This document shows positions 19,586 through 27,454 of a stretch of 64,000 bases of DNA, one piece after another. Source of the DNA: an uncultured bacterium (GTDB lineage Bacteria; Zixibacteria; MSB-5A5; CAIYYT01); assembly GCA_963726455.1 (NCBI GenBank), contig CAVSCK010000004.1, positions 448,001-512,000 on the forward strand, in the 5' to 3' direction. Each line of letters starts with the position of its first letter. Positions within the stretch are counted from its first letter, which is position 1. Below the pieces are notes generated by a model. That model had not been told where the DNA came from, did not search any database, and saw only the letters and a list, made by a program, of their open reading frames with translations. The position numbers and the translations under genes were made by a program.

Positions 19586-21019
19586 CTACTTTTCCGTGAC
19601 CTCGTCAGCCTTGGTTCTGCTGAAATCCATATTTGCGACCGCCGCGCTGAATTCGGGATAGGCGGTAGCCCGGTTAAATTCCTGGACTGCCATTGCCCGG
19701 CTGAGCTCCTGATTTGCCAGGCACTTCGCAAATTGAGGTTGTGCCATCGCTCTGCTGAATTCTTGCGATGCAATCACCTGGGAAAAGGATTGATCTGCGA
19801 CCAAATTGCGAAAATCTCCTGAAGCAAATGCGCGGGAAAACTCCTGATCTGCAATTGCTCTGCGAAATTCGGGCACGGCCATGGCTTTGGCAAAATCCTG
19901 ATTAGCCCACAGCCTACTGAACTCCGGAGTCGCAATCAGACTGACGAACTGCGGATTCGCGGCCAGTCTGCTAAATTCGGGAACGGCAAGCAGTTTCGCG
20001 AAGTCCGGGTTCGCAGCCACTCGGCTCATGTCCGGGTTGGCAAGCAGCTTGGCAAAGTCCGGACTGGACGCCATACGGCTCAGTTCGGCTGTAGCAAGCA
20101 ACTTCGCAAAATCCTGGTTGGCTGCCAACCTGCCGAATTCCGGGTTCGCAAGTAACTTGGCAAAGTCAGGATTGGGAGCAAGCCGGCTCAACTCTGCATT
20201 GTTCGCCAATTTGGCGTAATCAGGAACGGCCGATAGTCTGCTCATATCGGCGCTGGCAACTATTTTCGCAAATTCGGGATCCCGAGCCAGTCTGCTGAAA
20301 TCAGGGTTCGCGAGCAGCTTGGCAAAGTCAGGGGCGAGCGCCATTTTGGCGAATTCCTGACGGGCAACAACCTTGGCGAAATCGGGGTCCGGAGTGAGTC
20401 TGGCAAATTCCGCGTTAGCCAGTAGAGCGGCAAACTCCGGATTGGCTGAGAGTCTCCCGAACTCCGGCGTTATGAGCAGCTTGGCAAAGGAAGGTTCAGC
20501 TGCTAACCTGCTAAATTCGGGATTCGCGGCGAATTTAGCAAAGTCCGGGTTAGCCGAAATGCGACTGAAATCATGATTGGAAAGGATTTTGGCGAAATCC
20601 GGATAGAGAGCAAATCTGCTGAAGTCCGCATTGGCCATGGCTTTTGCAATGTCTGGATTCGCGAAAGCACGACTGAAATCCTGATTTGCCAATGCCGCGC
20701 GAATGTCAGGATTGGCCATCAGCCGGCTGAATTCCGAACTAGCCGCCATAGTGCGAAAGTTCTCATCCTTGAGTAGCGCCAGGACCTTGTCGTTCTGAAG
20801 CAGTGCCTGTAGCTCGCTGTTGCCTAGTACGACATCCTTATCGCTCATCTGGTTAGTACGATACTTCTTTGCGGCGCCGATCGTTCCTTGACTGTCCGTT
20901 TCTGATGGTGGGAAGCCCGTTAGGGCAAAGTATGCGATCACTACTACCACGACTATTATCCCGCTAAAAAGGATCTTAGCCTTGCCGCTACCGAGAAAAG
21001 ACTTTCGTGGTTCTGCCAT
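19586..21019 (-). CDS. Membrane-anchored 9-residue tandem-repeat protein, function unknown
   Basis: GGAGG SD; TM helix at about aa 16-34; 45 consecutive nonamers of the NPDFAKLLA/NPEFSRLAA type. Confidence 0.9.
   Translation of the reverse strand: MAEPRKSFLGSGKAKILFSGIIVVVVVIAYFALTGFPPSETDSQGTIGAAKKYRTNQMSDKDVVLGNSELQALLQNDKVLALLKDENFRTMAASSEFSRLMANPDIRAALANQDFSRAFANPDIAKAMANADFSRFALYPDFAKILSNHDFSRISANPDFAKFAANPEFSRLAAEPSFAKLLITPEFGRLSANPEFAALLANAEFARLTPDPDFAKVVARQEFAKMALAPDFAKLLANPDFSRLARDPEFAKIVASADMSRLSAVPDYAKLANNAELSRLAPNPDFAKLLANPEFGRLAANQDFAKLLATAELSRMASSPDFAKLLANPDMSRVAANPDFAKLLAVPEFSRLAANPQFVSLIATPEFSRLWANQDFAKAMAVPEFRRAIADQEFSRAFASGDFRNLVADQSFSQVIASQEFSRAMAQPQFAKCLANQELSRAMAVQEFNRATAYPEFSAAVANMDFSRTKADEVTEK
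19607..20821 (-). repeat. Coding tandem repeat, 45 x 27 bp with a 54-bp superperiod
   Basis: Manual parsing: 66 aa + 45x9 aa + 6 aa = 477 aa with no indel. Confidence 0.9.
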
Positions 21020-21081
21020 TGCAACCTCCTATGAATGGACGTGAATTACCGGGGTTACCTTGTCCCCAAACTTCTTTTACC

Positions 21082-21111
21082 AAGTACAGTTCAGTTCTCT
21101 AAGAGTTGGTC
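21082..21111 (-). promoter_or_regulatory. Putative ECF promoter GACCAAC-N17-GTACTT upstream of the repeat-protein gene
   Basis: Matches the motif upstream of both sigma copies. Confidence 0.65.
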
Positions 21112-21147
21112 AATCTTTCATTTCCTCCTCGCTCCATTGCCTTTTGA

Positions 21148-21936
21148 TCAGTGAGAGTGCTGTCTCGTATATAGAGTTTCCTCCCAAGAATCATCAGATG
21201 AACGAACGCGAAACTGCATTGCCGAGATATCATTGCTCTTGTCCTTGAAGAGGAGGAAATATTTCTCCTCCCCGTCCTGCGTAAGTCGGACTTGATTCTC
21301 GTTAATCTCCAATGTCTTGGGGACGTGACCTAGTTGTCTCATACCCTCAAGATCGAGATGTCGATTGTCAAAACTGATAGTCACCTCGACACCTCTGTTC
21401 GAAGTCAGATCTATCTCGGCGATGACAGTTCCCGTTGAATATTCTATCCTGACCGTGCCTTCAGCATTTCCGATTGTGAAATCTATCTGATCAGCAACCT
21501 GAACGCTGTCGACGGCGCCGCCCAGATAGATCGAACCAGCCAGACTGCGAATATTCCAAGGAGGGATTACTCCGATGCTGCCGACGAGCAGAGCAAATGA
21601 GAAGATGCCTACGACTATGCCCGCCAACAGGGAATAGGCATACTTGACATTTACCTTGAGGGCTAACGACCCGACGACGGACTCAGGAATGCCGCGATTC
21701 TTTCTCCCCGCGGATCCCTCAGCTCGAACCTGTCGCAAGACGGCGTGTTTCAGCTCCATGGGCGGATCTGCCTTTTGCTCCTGCGCCAACCATCGGAAGA
21801 GTTGGAGGAAACTGTCATATAGCATTTGCGCGTCAGGGTTTCGTCGGAGATACTCCTGCAACTTGAGACGTTGTCTGGGTTTGATCGTCCCATCAAGATA
21901 CTCACTCATAAGTCGAACATGTTTTTCGGAAGTCAT
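21148..21936 (-). CDS. Single-pass anti-sigma factor (copy 2)
   Basis: LMSEYLDG...ADPPMELKHAVL, one TM helix, C-terminal domain collinear with 1669-2445. Confidence 0.8.
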   Translation of the reverse strand: MTSEKHVRLMSEYLDGTIKPRQRLKLQEYLRRNPDAQMLYDSFLQLFRWLAQEQKADPPMELKHAVLRQVRAEGSAGRKNRGIPESVVGSLALKVNVKYAYSLLAGIVVGIFSFALLVGSIGVIPPWNIRSLAGSIYLGGAVDSVQVADQIDFTIGNAEGTVRIEYSTGTVIAEIDLTSNRGVEVTISFDNRHLDLEGMRQLGHVPKTLEINENQVRLTQDGEEKYFLLFKDKSNDISAMQFRVRSSDDSWEETLYTRQHSH

Positions 21937-22322
21937 CGGCCACCGTTCCCCTCTGTTTCACGGCTCGCTCAGCTAGCGTTTGGCGGTGAAGAGCCTTGAC
22001 TCGACGTTCTTCAAGAGAAATCTCAGTAAGTGAACAACCGTTTTGAGCGAGAAACCGTCGAAGTGCCTGACGAAATTCAGGACCTTCAGTTAGGTTGGCA
22101 GACCCCTCGCGCAATCCGGACGCCCTTACTTATTTCGTTGCCGACACGGTCTTCCTCCGGATATTTCGCCGCAGAGGCCCGGCCCTCGGCAAACTCTTGG
22201 CCTCCGATCAATCTCACCGGCGAGTTGACAGACGGTCTCCGTCATCCACCCAACATCTCAATTGACTTCAAATTGCCGTCAAGCCACTCCCTGATCATGA
22301 TGGGATCACCGTTGTCTGTCAT
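21933..22322 (-). pseudogene. Decayed ECF sigma factor, paralog of 2438-2986
   Basis: Fragments REWLDGNLKSIEML, *RRPSVNSPVRLIG, YPEEDRVGNEISKGVRIA and VRHFDGFS...KNVESRLFTAKR* align to the intact sigma; stops, a frameshift and an internal deletion. Confidence 0.85.
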
Positions 22323-22352
22323 AATTACATTTGATCCCCCGAAAAGTTGGTC
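22323..22352 (-). promoter_or_regulatory. Putative ECF promoter GACCAAC-N17-GTAATT
   Basis: Same position relative to the ATG as the motif at 2987-3016. Confidence 0.55.
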
Positions 22353-22648
22353 GTCACATTTCTACGTGAACGCTTTGGTACCAACAGAGTAGCGAGTCTC
22401 AGGCAGGTCGGCTTATACCTTCCTGTCGTCGAACCGCGTAATCGCGCCTATCGCGTCGAATCTCCGCCAGTTCCGTCGAAGTCGATGACCCGAACAAACC
22501 GGGTCGCACAAAGAGCCCTCTTAAGCGAATTTTCGTTTTGCATGCCCCCGAATGCAACTCGTTCCTGATGGAAATTATAATAGGAGATGTGCTCTTGAAA
22601 TGCAAGGCGAATTCTGGCAAGAACCTTTTCTGTATTTGAATTCGAATC

Positions 22649-22933
22649 TTAGTCGATTTGAAAAACCTGAAGCAGGCCGGAAATCTGGAAGACGTTTCTG
22701 ACGTGTTTGTTCATGTTTGTGAGTTTTACAGTCTTTCCCAGCTTCTCCAATCTATTGTGAGTAGCCACCAGTACACTCAGCCCCGCGCTGGAAATGTAAT
22801 CCAGATTCGTCAGGTCTACCGTGAGGGAATCGTCGATAGTCTCAAATATTGGCAGCGCTCTACTAACTTGCGAGGCGTCGAATCTGCCCGAAAGAAAGAT
22901 TTCCTTCTTGTCAGTCACCTTAATGTCCAACAT
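22649..22933 (-). CDS. STAS-domain anti-anti-sigma factor (copy 2)
   Basis: LDYISSAGL, VFQISGL; 94 aa. Confidence 0.92.
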   Translation of the reverse strand: MLDIKVTDKKEIFLSGRFDASQVSRALPIFETIDDSLTVDLTNLDYISSAGLSVLVATHNRLEKLGKTVKLTNMNKHVRNVFQISGLLQVFQID

Positions 22934-23339
22934 CGTTTTGCTCCAGGTGTTTGATCATGGTTATTGTGCTGGTGCGGTTAACATAATCATAATATACGTG
23001 ATCTACTATATTCCTGACCAGGTGCAAGCCCAATCCTCCCGCTTTTCTTTCTTGAACATCCCGGGCGTTATCCACTTCCTGCCACTTGGTTATGTCAAAT
23101 CGGTTGGAATCGGAATCAATCAGACGAATGGTCAAGTCATTTCCGCTCCTGACCAGGTCTATAAGGATGCCTGTCGAACCCATGGGATCATACTTGACGA
23201 GGTTCGTGAAGATCTCCTCGACTGCCAGGTTCACGGTATAAGCGACGTCTTGCAGCAACTCCTGCTGCAAGACGAAGTCCTGGATAAATTCGAAAATCTT
23301 CTCCAACGAATCGATCTGCCTGGGGAACACCTTCTCCAT
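22920..23339 (-). CDS. RsbW/SpoIIAB-like anti-sigma Ser kinase (HATPase_c_2)
   Basis: LAVEEIFTNLVKY, GGLGLHLV; overlaps the STAS gene. Confidence 0.9.
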   Translation of the reverse strand: MEKVFPRQIDSLEKIFEFIQDFVLQQELLQDVAYTVNLAVEEIFTNLVKYDPMGSTGILIDLVRSGNDLTIRLIDSDSNRFDITKWQEVDNARDVQERKAGGLGLHLVRNIVDHVYYDYVNRTSTITMIKHLEQNDVGH

Positions 23340-23579
23340 TGTACTCCTGGCTACAGTGACTATGATCCAATTATGGTGTCACATTTGCGAATGTACAACA
23401 AGATCCTCCGGGTGCGCAGGCGTTCATATTCCCCACGGTTGGAGCAATTGCTTTCAATCATTATTTAGTGCGCTAGTCTGCGCCGCCTTATGTCAAATTT
23501 GATTGGGGAAGTAGCACAAAAACGAGATACCCGGGGCTTAATGAGTCCGGGATGATATTCGTAAGTCATTGAATGATAA

Positions 23580-23665
23580 TGCCGGAGACCGGAATCGAAC
23601 CGGTACGTCCATTACTGAACGAGGGATTTTAAGTCCCTTGCGTCTACCAATTTCGCCACTCCGGC
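23580..23665 (-). tRNA. tRNA-Leu (anticodon UAA), CCA not encoded
   Basis: GCCGGAG acceptor stem, TGGTAGACGC D-arm, CT-TAA-AA loop, long variable arm, GGTTCGATTCC T-arm. Confidence 0.96.
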
Positions 23666-23675
23666 AGATCGAGCG

Positions 23676-23704
23676 AATATGAGAGTCATGTACGTTTAAG
23701 TCAA
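23676..23704 (-). promoter_or_regulatory. Sigma-70 promoter of tRNA-Leu
   Basis: TTGACT-N17-CATATT, 10 nt upstream of the tRNA. Confidence 0.65.
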
Positions 23705-23746
23705 GTGGGAATGCGAGCAATCACTAAGCGAACGTGCGAGGGCAGG

Positions 23747-24313
23747 TTAGTCGGGCTTAATACCATAGACGACCGGTTTCGGCAGAATCGTTTGAATGTG
23801 AACTTGCCCCGATTTGAATGCCGGCGCGTTTTCGACGACTTCCAAATTGATGTCAAAGAAATTGAACGGCATCCGCCAATAGTCGAAAGTATTCAGTACA
23901 AACGTCGTCTCCGGCGCATTGCCATGAACCCAGAAGTGCAAAGTTCCCAGCAGCCCTCTGCCGCTGGCAACCACAGCCGTATCATCCAAAGCCAGAACCA
24001 CAAGCGTGTCTCCATTCACAGAAGCCCGATTAAGCCCGAAATTAACGACCCGGCTTCCCACGAACGAGACTGAATCGAATCGCATTATGCTCGACGGAAA
24101 CAACATTGGCACGTTGACGGCAGCGAGCGTCACTTCATTGTCGAAATATAACGGAATACTGACATACTCTCCGCCCTTGGTCTCGGTCCGGTCAGGGGGA
24201 TATACTCTATTGGTCAACGGCTCTACTTTGGGCTCATTACCCTTGCTACAGCCGCCCAGAATGAGGACGCAAATTATGCCGCCGATCAGTAGAGTGGTAA
24301 TTGTCTTGCGCAT
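23747..24313 (-). CDS. Lipoprotein with a cohesin-like domain
   Basis: LILGGC lipobox; VSIPLYFDN...FDSVSFVGSR...GLLGTLHF resembles cohesin and the segment in 12506-15163. Confidence 0.72.
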   Translation of the reverse strand: MRKTITTLLIGGIICVLILGGCSKGNEPKVEPLTNRVYPPDRTETKGGEYVSIPLYFDNEVTLAAVNVPMLFPSSIMRFDSVSFVGSRVVNFGLNRASVNGDTLVVLALDDTAVVASGRGLLGTLHFWVHGNAPETTFVLNTFDYWRMPFNFFDINLEVVENAPAFKSGQVHIQTILPKPVVYGIKPD

Positions 24314-24488
24314 TATTCCCTCCTATGAACTTCAACCAATAATATGTTAACGACTCTGTGTAGGATTTGTCCAATGCTTTTTTTAGTGTTCCTGCCAAAT
24401 CTGGTTGACAGTTACGATCGGTGACTCGCAAATCCGATTGCCGCCCGTATCATAAATGATATCATGGTAAAGCAATTCCGGAGGTGAT

Positions 24489-25685
24489 ATGGAATCTGTT
24501 GAGTTGACGAAACATATATACTGGGTGGGGGCTGAAGACCCTGATCTGAGGATCTTTGACATAGTCGTAAACACTGAATTTGGAACGACCTACAATTCGT
24601 ACCTGGTTCTCGGTGAGAAGGTTGCTCTTATCGACGCTGTGAAGCAGGAGTTCGAGGAGAAGCTCTTCCGCAAAATCCAGGAGCACGTGCCGATTGATCG
24701 GGTCGACTACCTGATCGTGAATCACACCGAGCCCGACCATTCCGGAGCGATACGTTCACTACTTGCCCTGAATCCCAAGATCCGATTGGTCTGCAGCAAG
24801 CCGGCCGTGCCGTTCCTGCGCAACATCGTCAACGACGACTCAGTCCAGATCGACGGCGTCAAAGGCGGCGACACACTTGATCTCGGCGGGCTCACTCTCG
24901 AATTCATTTCTGCGCCGTTTACGCATTGGCCGGATACGATGTTTACTTTTTGCCGTGAGGAAGAGGTGCTGTTTCCATGTGATGCCTTTGCTGCTCATCT
25001 AGCGCCTCGGGGGTCAATCTTTGCGGAACGGGGAGATGCATTTCATGAGCAGGAGGCATTCCGCTATTACGACGCTATCATGCGGCCATACTCATCATAT
25101 TCTCGCAAAGCAGCGGAAGCTGTCATTAACCGCAATATCCGGATTGTTGCTCCATCGCACGGTCCCATAAGTAAGGATGAACCCAAGCGCATTATCGCGA
25201 AGTATCTGGAATGGACAGCGCCTAAGAGCGACGGCAACGACACTGCGATTCTGGTCGCATATTCCAGTTCATACGGCAATACACGAATCATGGCAGAGGA
25301 GATTGACAAGGCCTTGCGCAATGCCGGAGTCAAGACGTCCCTTGTCGATGTCACGAAAGTTACCGCCGGCCAGTTGCGCGATCACTACGAATCATCAGGG
25401 GCCATCTTGTTCGGAACGCCGACGTTCGTCGGGGATGTCGTCAAACCAATCTGGGATGCAGCACAATTGCTGATGAGTGTTGCCACTACCGGCAAAAAGA
25501 CCGCCGTCTTCGGATCGTATGCCTGGGGAGGGCAGGGGGTCGATATATTGGAGAATTATCTCGAAGGACTCAAACTCAAGGTGCGCAAACCCGGACTTAA
25601 AGCTCGGCTGGTTCCGTCTAAGACCGAACTGGAGGCGTGCCGGCAATTTGCCCTCGATTTCCTCAGTTTTGTCAAGGAGGGGTGA
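24489..25685 (+). CDS. fprA: Flavodiiron protein (class A flavoprotein, O2/NO reductase)
   Basis: GTTYNSYL, NHTEPDHSG, HWPD, PSHG; flavodoxin SSYGNT and FGSYAW. Confidence 0.95.
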   Translation: MESVELTKHIYWVGAEDPDLRIFDIVVNTEFGTTYNSYLVLGEKVALIDAVKQEFEEKLFRKIQEHVPIDRVDYLIVNHTEPDHSGAIRSLLALNPKIRLVCSKPAVPFLRNIVNDDSVQIDGVKGGDTLDLGGLTLEFISAPFTHWPDTMFTFCREEEVLFPCDAFAAHLAPRGSIFAERGDAFHEQEAFRYYDAIMRPYSSYSRKAAEAVINRNIRIVAPSHGPISKDEPKRIIAKYLEWTAPKSDGNDTAILVAYSSSYGNTRIMAEEIDKALRNAGVKTSLVDVTKVTAGQLRDHYESSGAILFGTPTFVGDVVKPIWDAAQLLMSVATTGKKTAVFGSYAWGGQGVDILENYLEGLKLKVRKPGLKARLVPSKTELEACRQFALDFLSFVKEG

Positions 25686-25693
25686 GAAAGAAC

Positions 25694-26479
25694 ATGTCCA
25701 AGTTATCAGATGCGCTAAAGGGGCTCGAAACAAACGATCTGAATACGATACTGAAGTCATTGTCGGATATCGAAAGCCAACTGCCGCAGGTCGGGCCGGA
25801 TCAACTGGCAGATATCGTTGGCGCCGTGAATGCACTCTTCTACTGCGACACCTATGAATACCCGCAGTTGCAGCCCGTGGTCGAGCGCGCAGTGGTGACG
25901 CTCTCCGCCGCCGGTGGACGTGTGATACCATATCTGCTCAAATTGCTGGGCGACTCCGACTATAAGGTGGAATTTCAGTACGCGTTAATCTTTGGCAGAT
26001 TGGGCGGGGCGGCGATTTCGCCGCTCCTTGAAGCTTATCGTGCGTCCTCAGATACTGTAGAACGCAGCTTCATTATCTATTCGCTGGGCAAAATCAAGTC
26101 CCCCGACGTCGTGAAAGCGGTTGCTGTGGTTCTGGCTCAACTGGATTCACCGGCGAAGGAAATTCGCGATTCGGCGGCGCGCACGCTTGGCAAGTTCGTC
26201 GAGAACATCTCTCCTGAACAAATGGAAGCTCAGGCCGGACGAGAAATGTTCGAGCGTCTTTCGGCTGCTCTCCGGGACGCTCATTCGGGTGTGCGAGCGA
26301 AGGCCTGCCGCTCGCTTGGCAAGATGTCAAAGCGCGGATTCCTAGACGAGGCAGAAATGGGCCGCCTGGCGAGCGAAATCGACCGGCTCCTGGGCAAAGG
26401 CACGGAATCCTGGGACGATGCCTTTATTGTGCGCAAGGAAGCTATCGAGGTGGAAGGCATTCTCAAACGAAATCTGTAA
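25694..26479 (+). CDS. HEAT-repeat protein
   Basis: IRDSAARTLGK and VRAKACRSLGK; starts 8 bp after fprA. Confidence 0.8.
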   Translation: MSKLSDALKGLETNDLNTILKSLSDIESQLPQVGPDQLADIVGAVNALFYCDTYEYPQLQPVVERAVVTLSAAGGRVIPYLLKLLGDSDYKVEFQYALIFGRLGGAAISPLLEAYRASSDTVERSFIIYSLGKIKSPDVVKAVAVVLAQLDSPAKEIRDSAARTLGKFVENISPEQMEAQAGREMFERLSAALRDAHSGVRAKACRSLGKMSKRGFLDEAEMGRLASEIDRLLGKGTESWDDAFIVRKEAIEVEGILKRNL

Positions 26480-27036
26480 TCGCTACAGATTTCGTCCCGT
26501 CAAGATTAATCATTTCGGAACCGATAACGTATAAGATGTATATTGGTAGTTGGTTAGCTGCCTGTGTGGCTGCCAAAGGGTAGAGAAATTGCTTGACATA
26601 ATGCGAAAAAATGTTATTGTTCGTTTACTGACGGCGGTTGATGCCGTTGGAATTGACAGTTTTTCCGGGATTTATCTGCTGAGTTATCCATCGACATTGT
26701 CTGTGACGAGGCCTGCTTCCTTAGTGCATCTCAAAGTGTCTAAAAGCTTTGGCCGACATCTGGAAAGCGCTAGTAAATCGGTACAATCTCGGGTGAATCG
26801 TTCACCTCTCTATGGTGCACCAAACGCTTTGATTTCGATTTAAGACTTCCCCTTGACCGCATTGGATTGTCAGCGAACGCGCGGTATATTGCGTCAGCGA
26901 CGCTGGCTATTGCTGTGTGATGGGGAGTCGAAAGGAGCAGGCAGACACCGAGTAGCAGACCTTAAGTAGAAACAGAACAAATGAAGTACGGTGGCCAGGT
27001 GGTTCACCGGTATTTTATCACTTTTTGGAGGACCAA

Positions 27037-27372
27037 ATGAATATCTACGTGGGAAACCTCTCACACGACGCGACTGAAGACGAATTGAAGGCCATCTTTT
27101 CTGAATTCGGTCAGGTCTCAAGAGTATCTATTCTGAAGGACAGACTTAGCGGTGAGCCGCGCGGATTCGGTTTCGTCGAGATGGCGTCAGCGGAAGAGGC
27201 GAAAGCTGCTATTGCCGGCGCCAACGGCAGACAGCTTAAGGGCCAGTCGATCCGCGTTAATGAAGCGCGTCCGCGGGAGGACAACCCAGCCCGTGGTGGT
27301 GGCGGTGGTGGTGGCGATCGCCCGAGACGCCCCGGTGGTGGTGGTGGCGGCGGTGGCCGTCGCGGCTGGTAA
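27037..27372 (+). CDS. RRM RNA-binding protein with Gly-rich tail
   Basis: RNP2 IYVGNL, RNP1 RGFGFVEM, VNEARPRE; GGAGG SD. Confidence 0.96.
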   Translation: MNIYVGNLSHDATEDELKAIFSEFGQVSRVSILKDRLSGEPRGFGFVEMASAEEAKAAIAGANGRQLKGQSIRVNEARPREDNPARGGGGGGGDRPRRPGGGGGGGGRRGW

Positions 27373-27420
27373 TCCGTAGTATCGAAAACAACCCGCCGTG
27401 ACGGCGGCTGAAAGATACCG

Positions 27421-27454
27421 CGCCGTACCTCAAGGATTGAGGTACGGCGTTTTT
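27421..27454 (+). terminator. Intrinsic terminator
   Basis: CGCCGTACCTCAA-GGA-TTGAGGTACGGCG followed by TTTTT. Confidence 0.88.

Noticed and set aside
19607-20821. 27/54-bp periodicity as a CRISPR array
   Set aside because: Degenerate coding repeats with no unique spacers and no cas genes
19586-21019. Repeat protein as a multi-core RiPP precursor
   Set aside because: TM-anchored, amphipathic helical pattern and no recognisable modifying enzymes nearby; not fully excluded given the adjacent proteases
22030-22392. 120-aa plus-strand ORF
   Set aside because: Antisense shadow of the ECF pseudogene
26550-26843. 97-aa ORF upstream of the RRM gene
   Set aside because: TTG start, no SD or motifs, and it overlaps a promoter-like site
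27292-27360. GGT/GGC microsatellite
   Set aside because: Ordinary Gly-rich tail of an RRM protein
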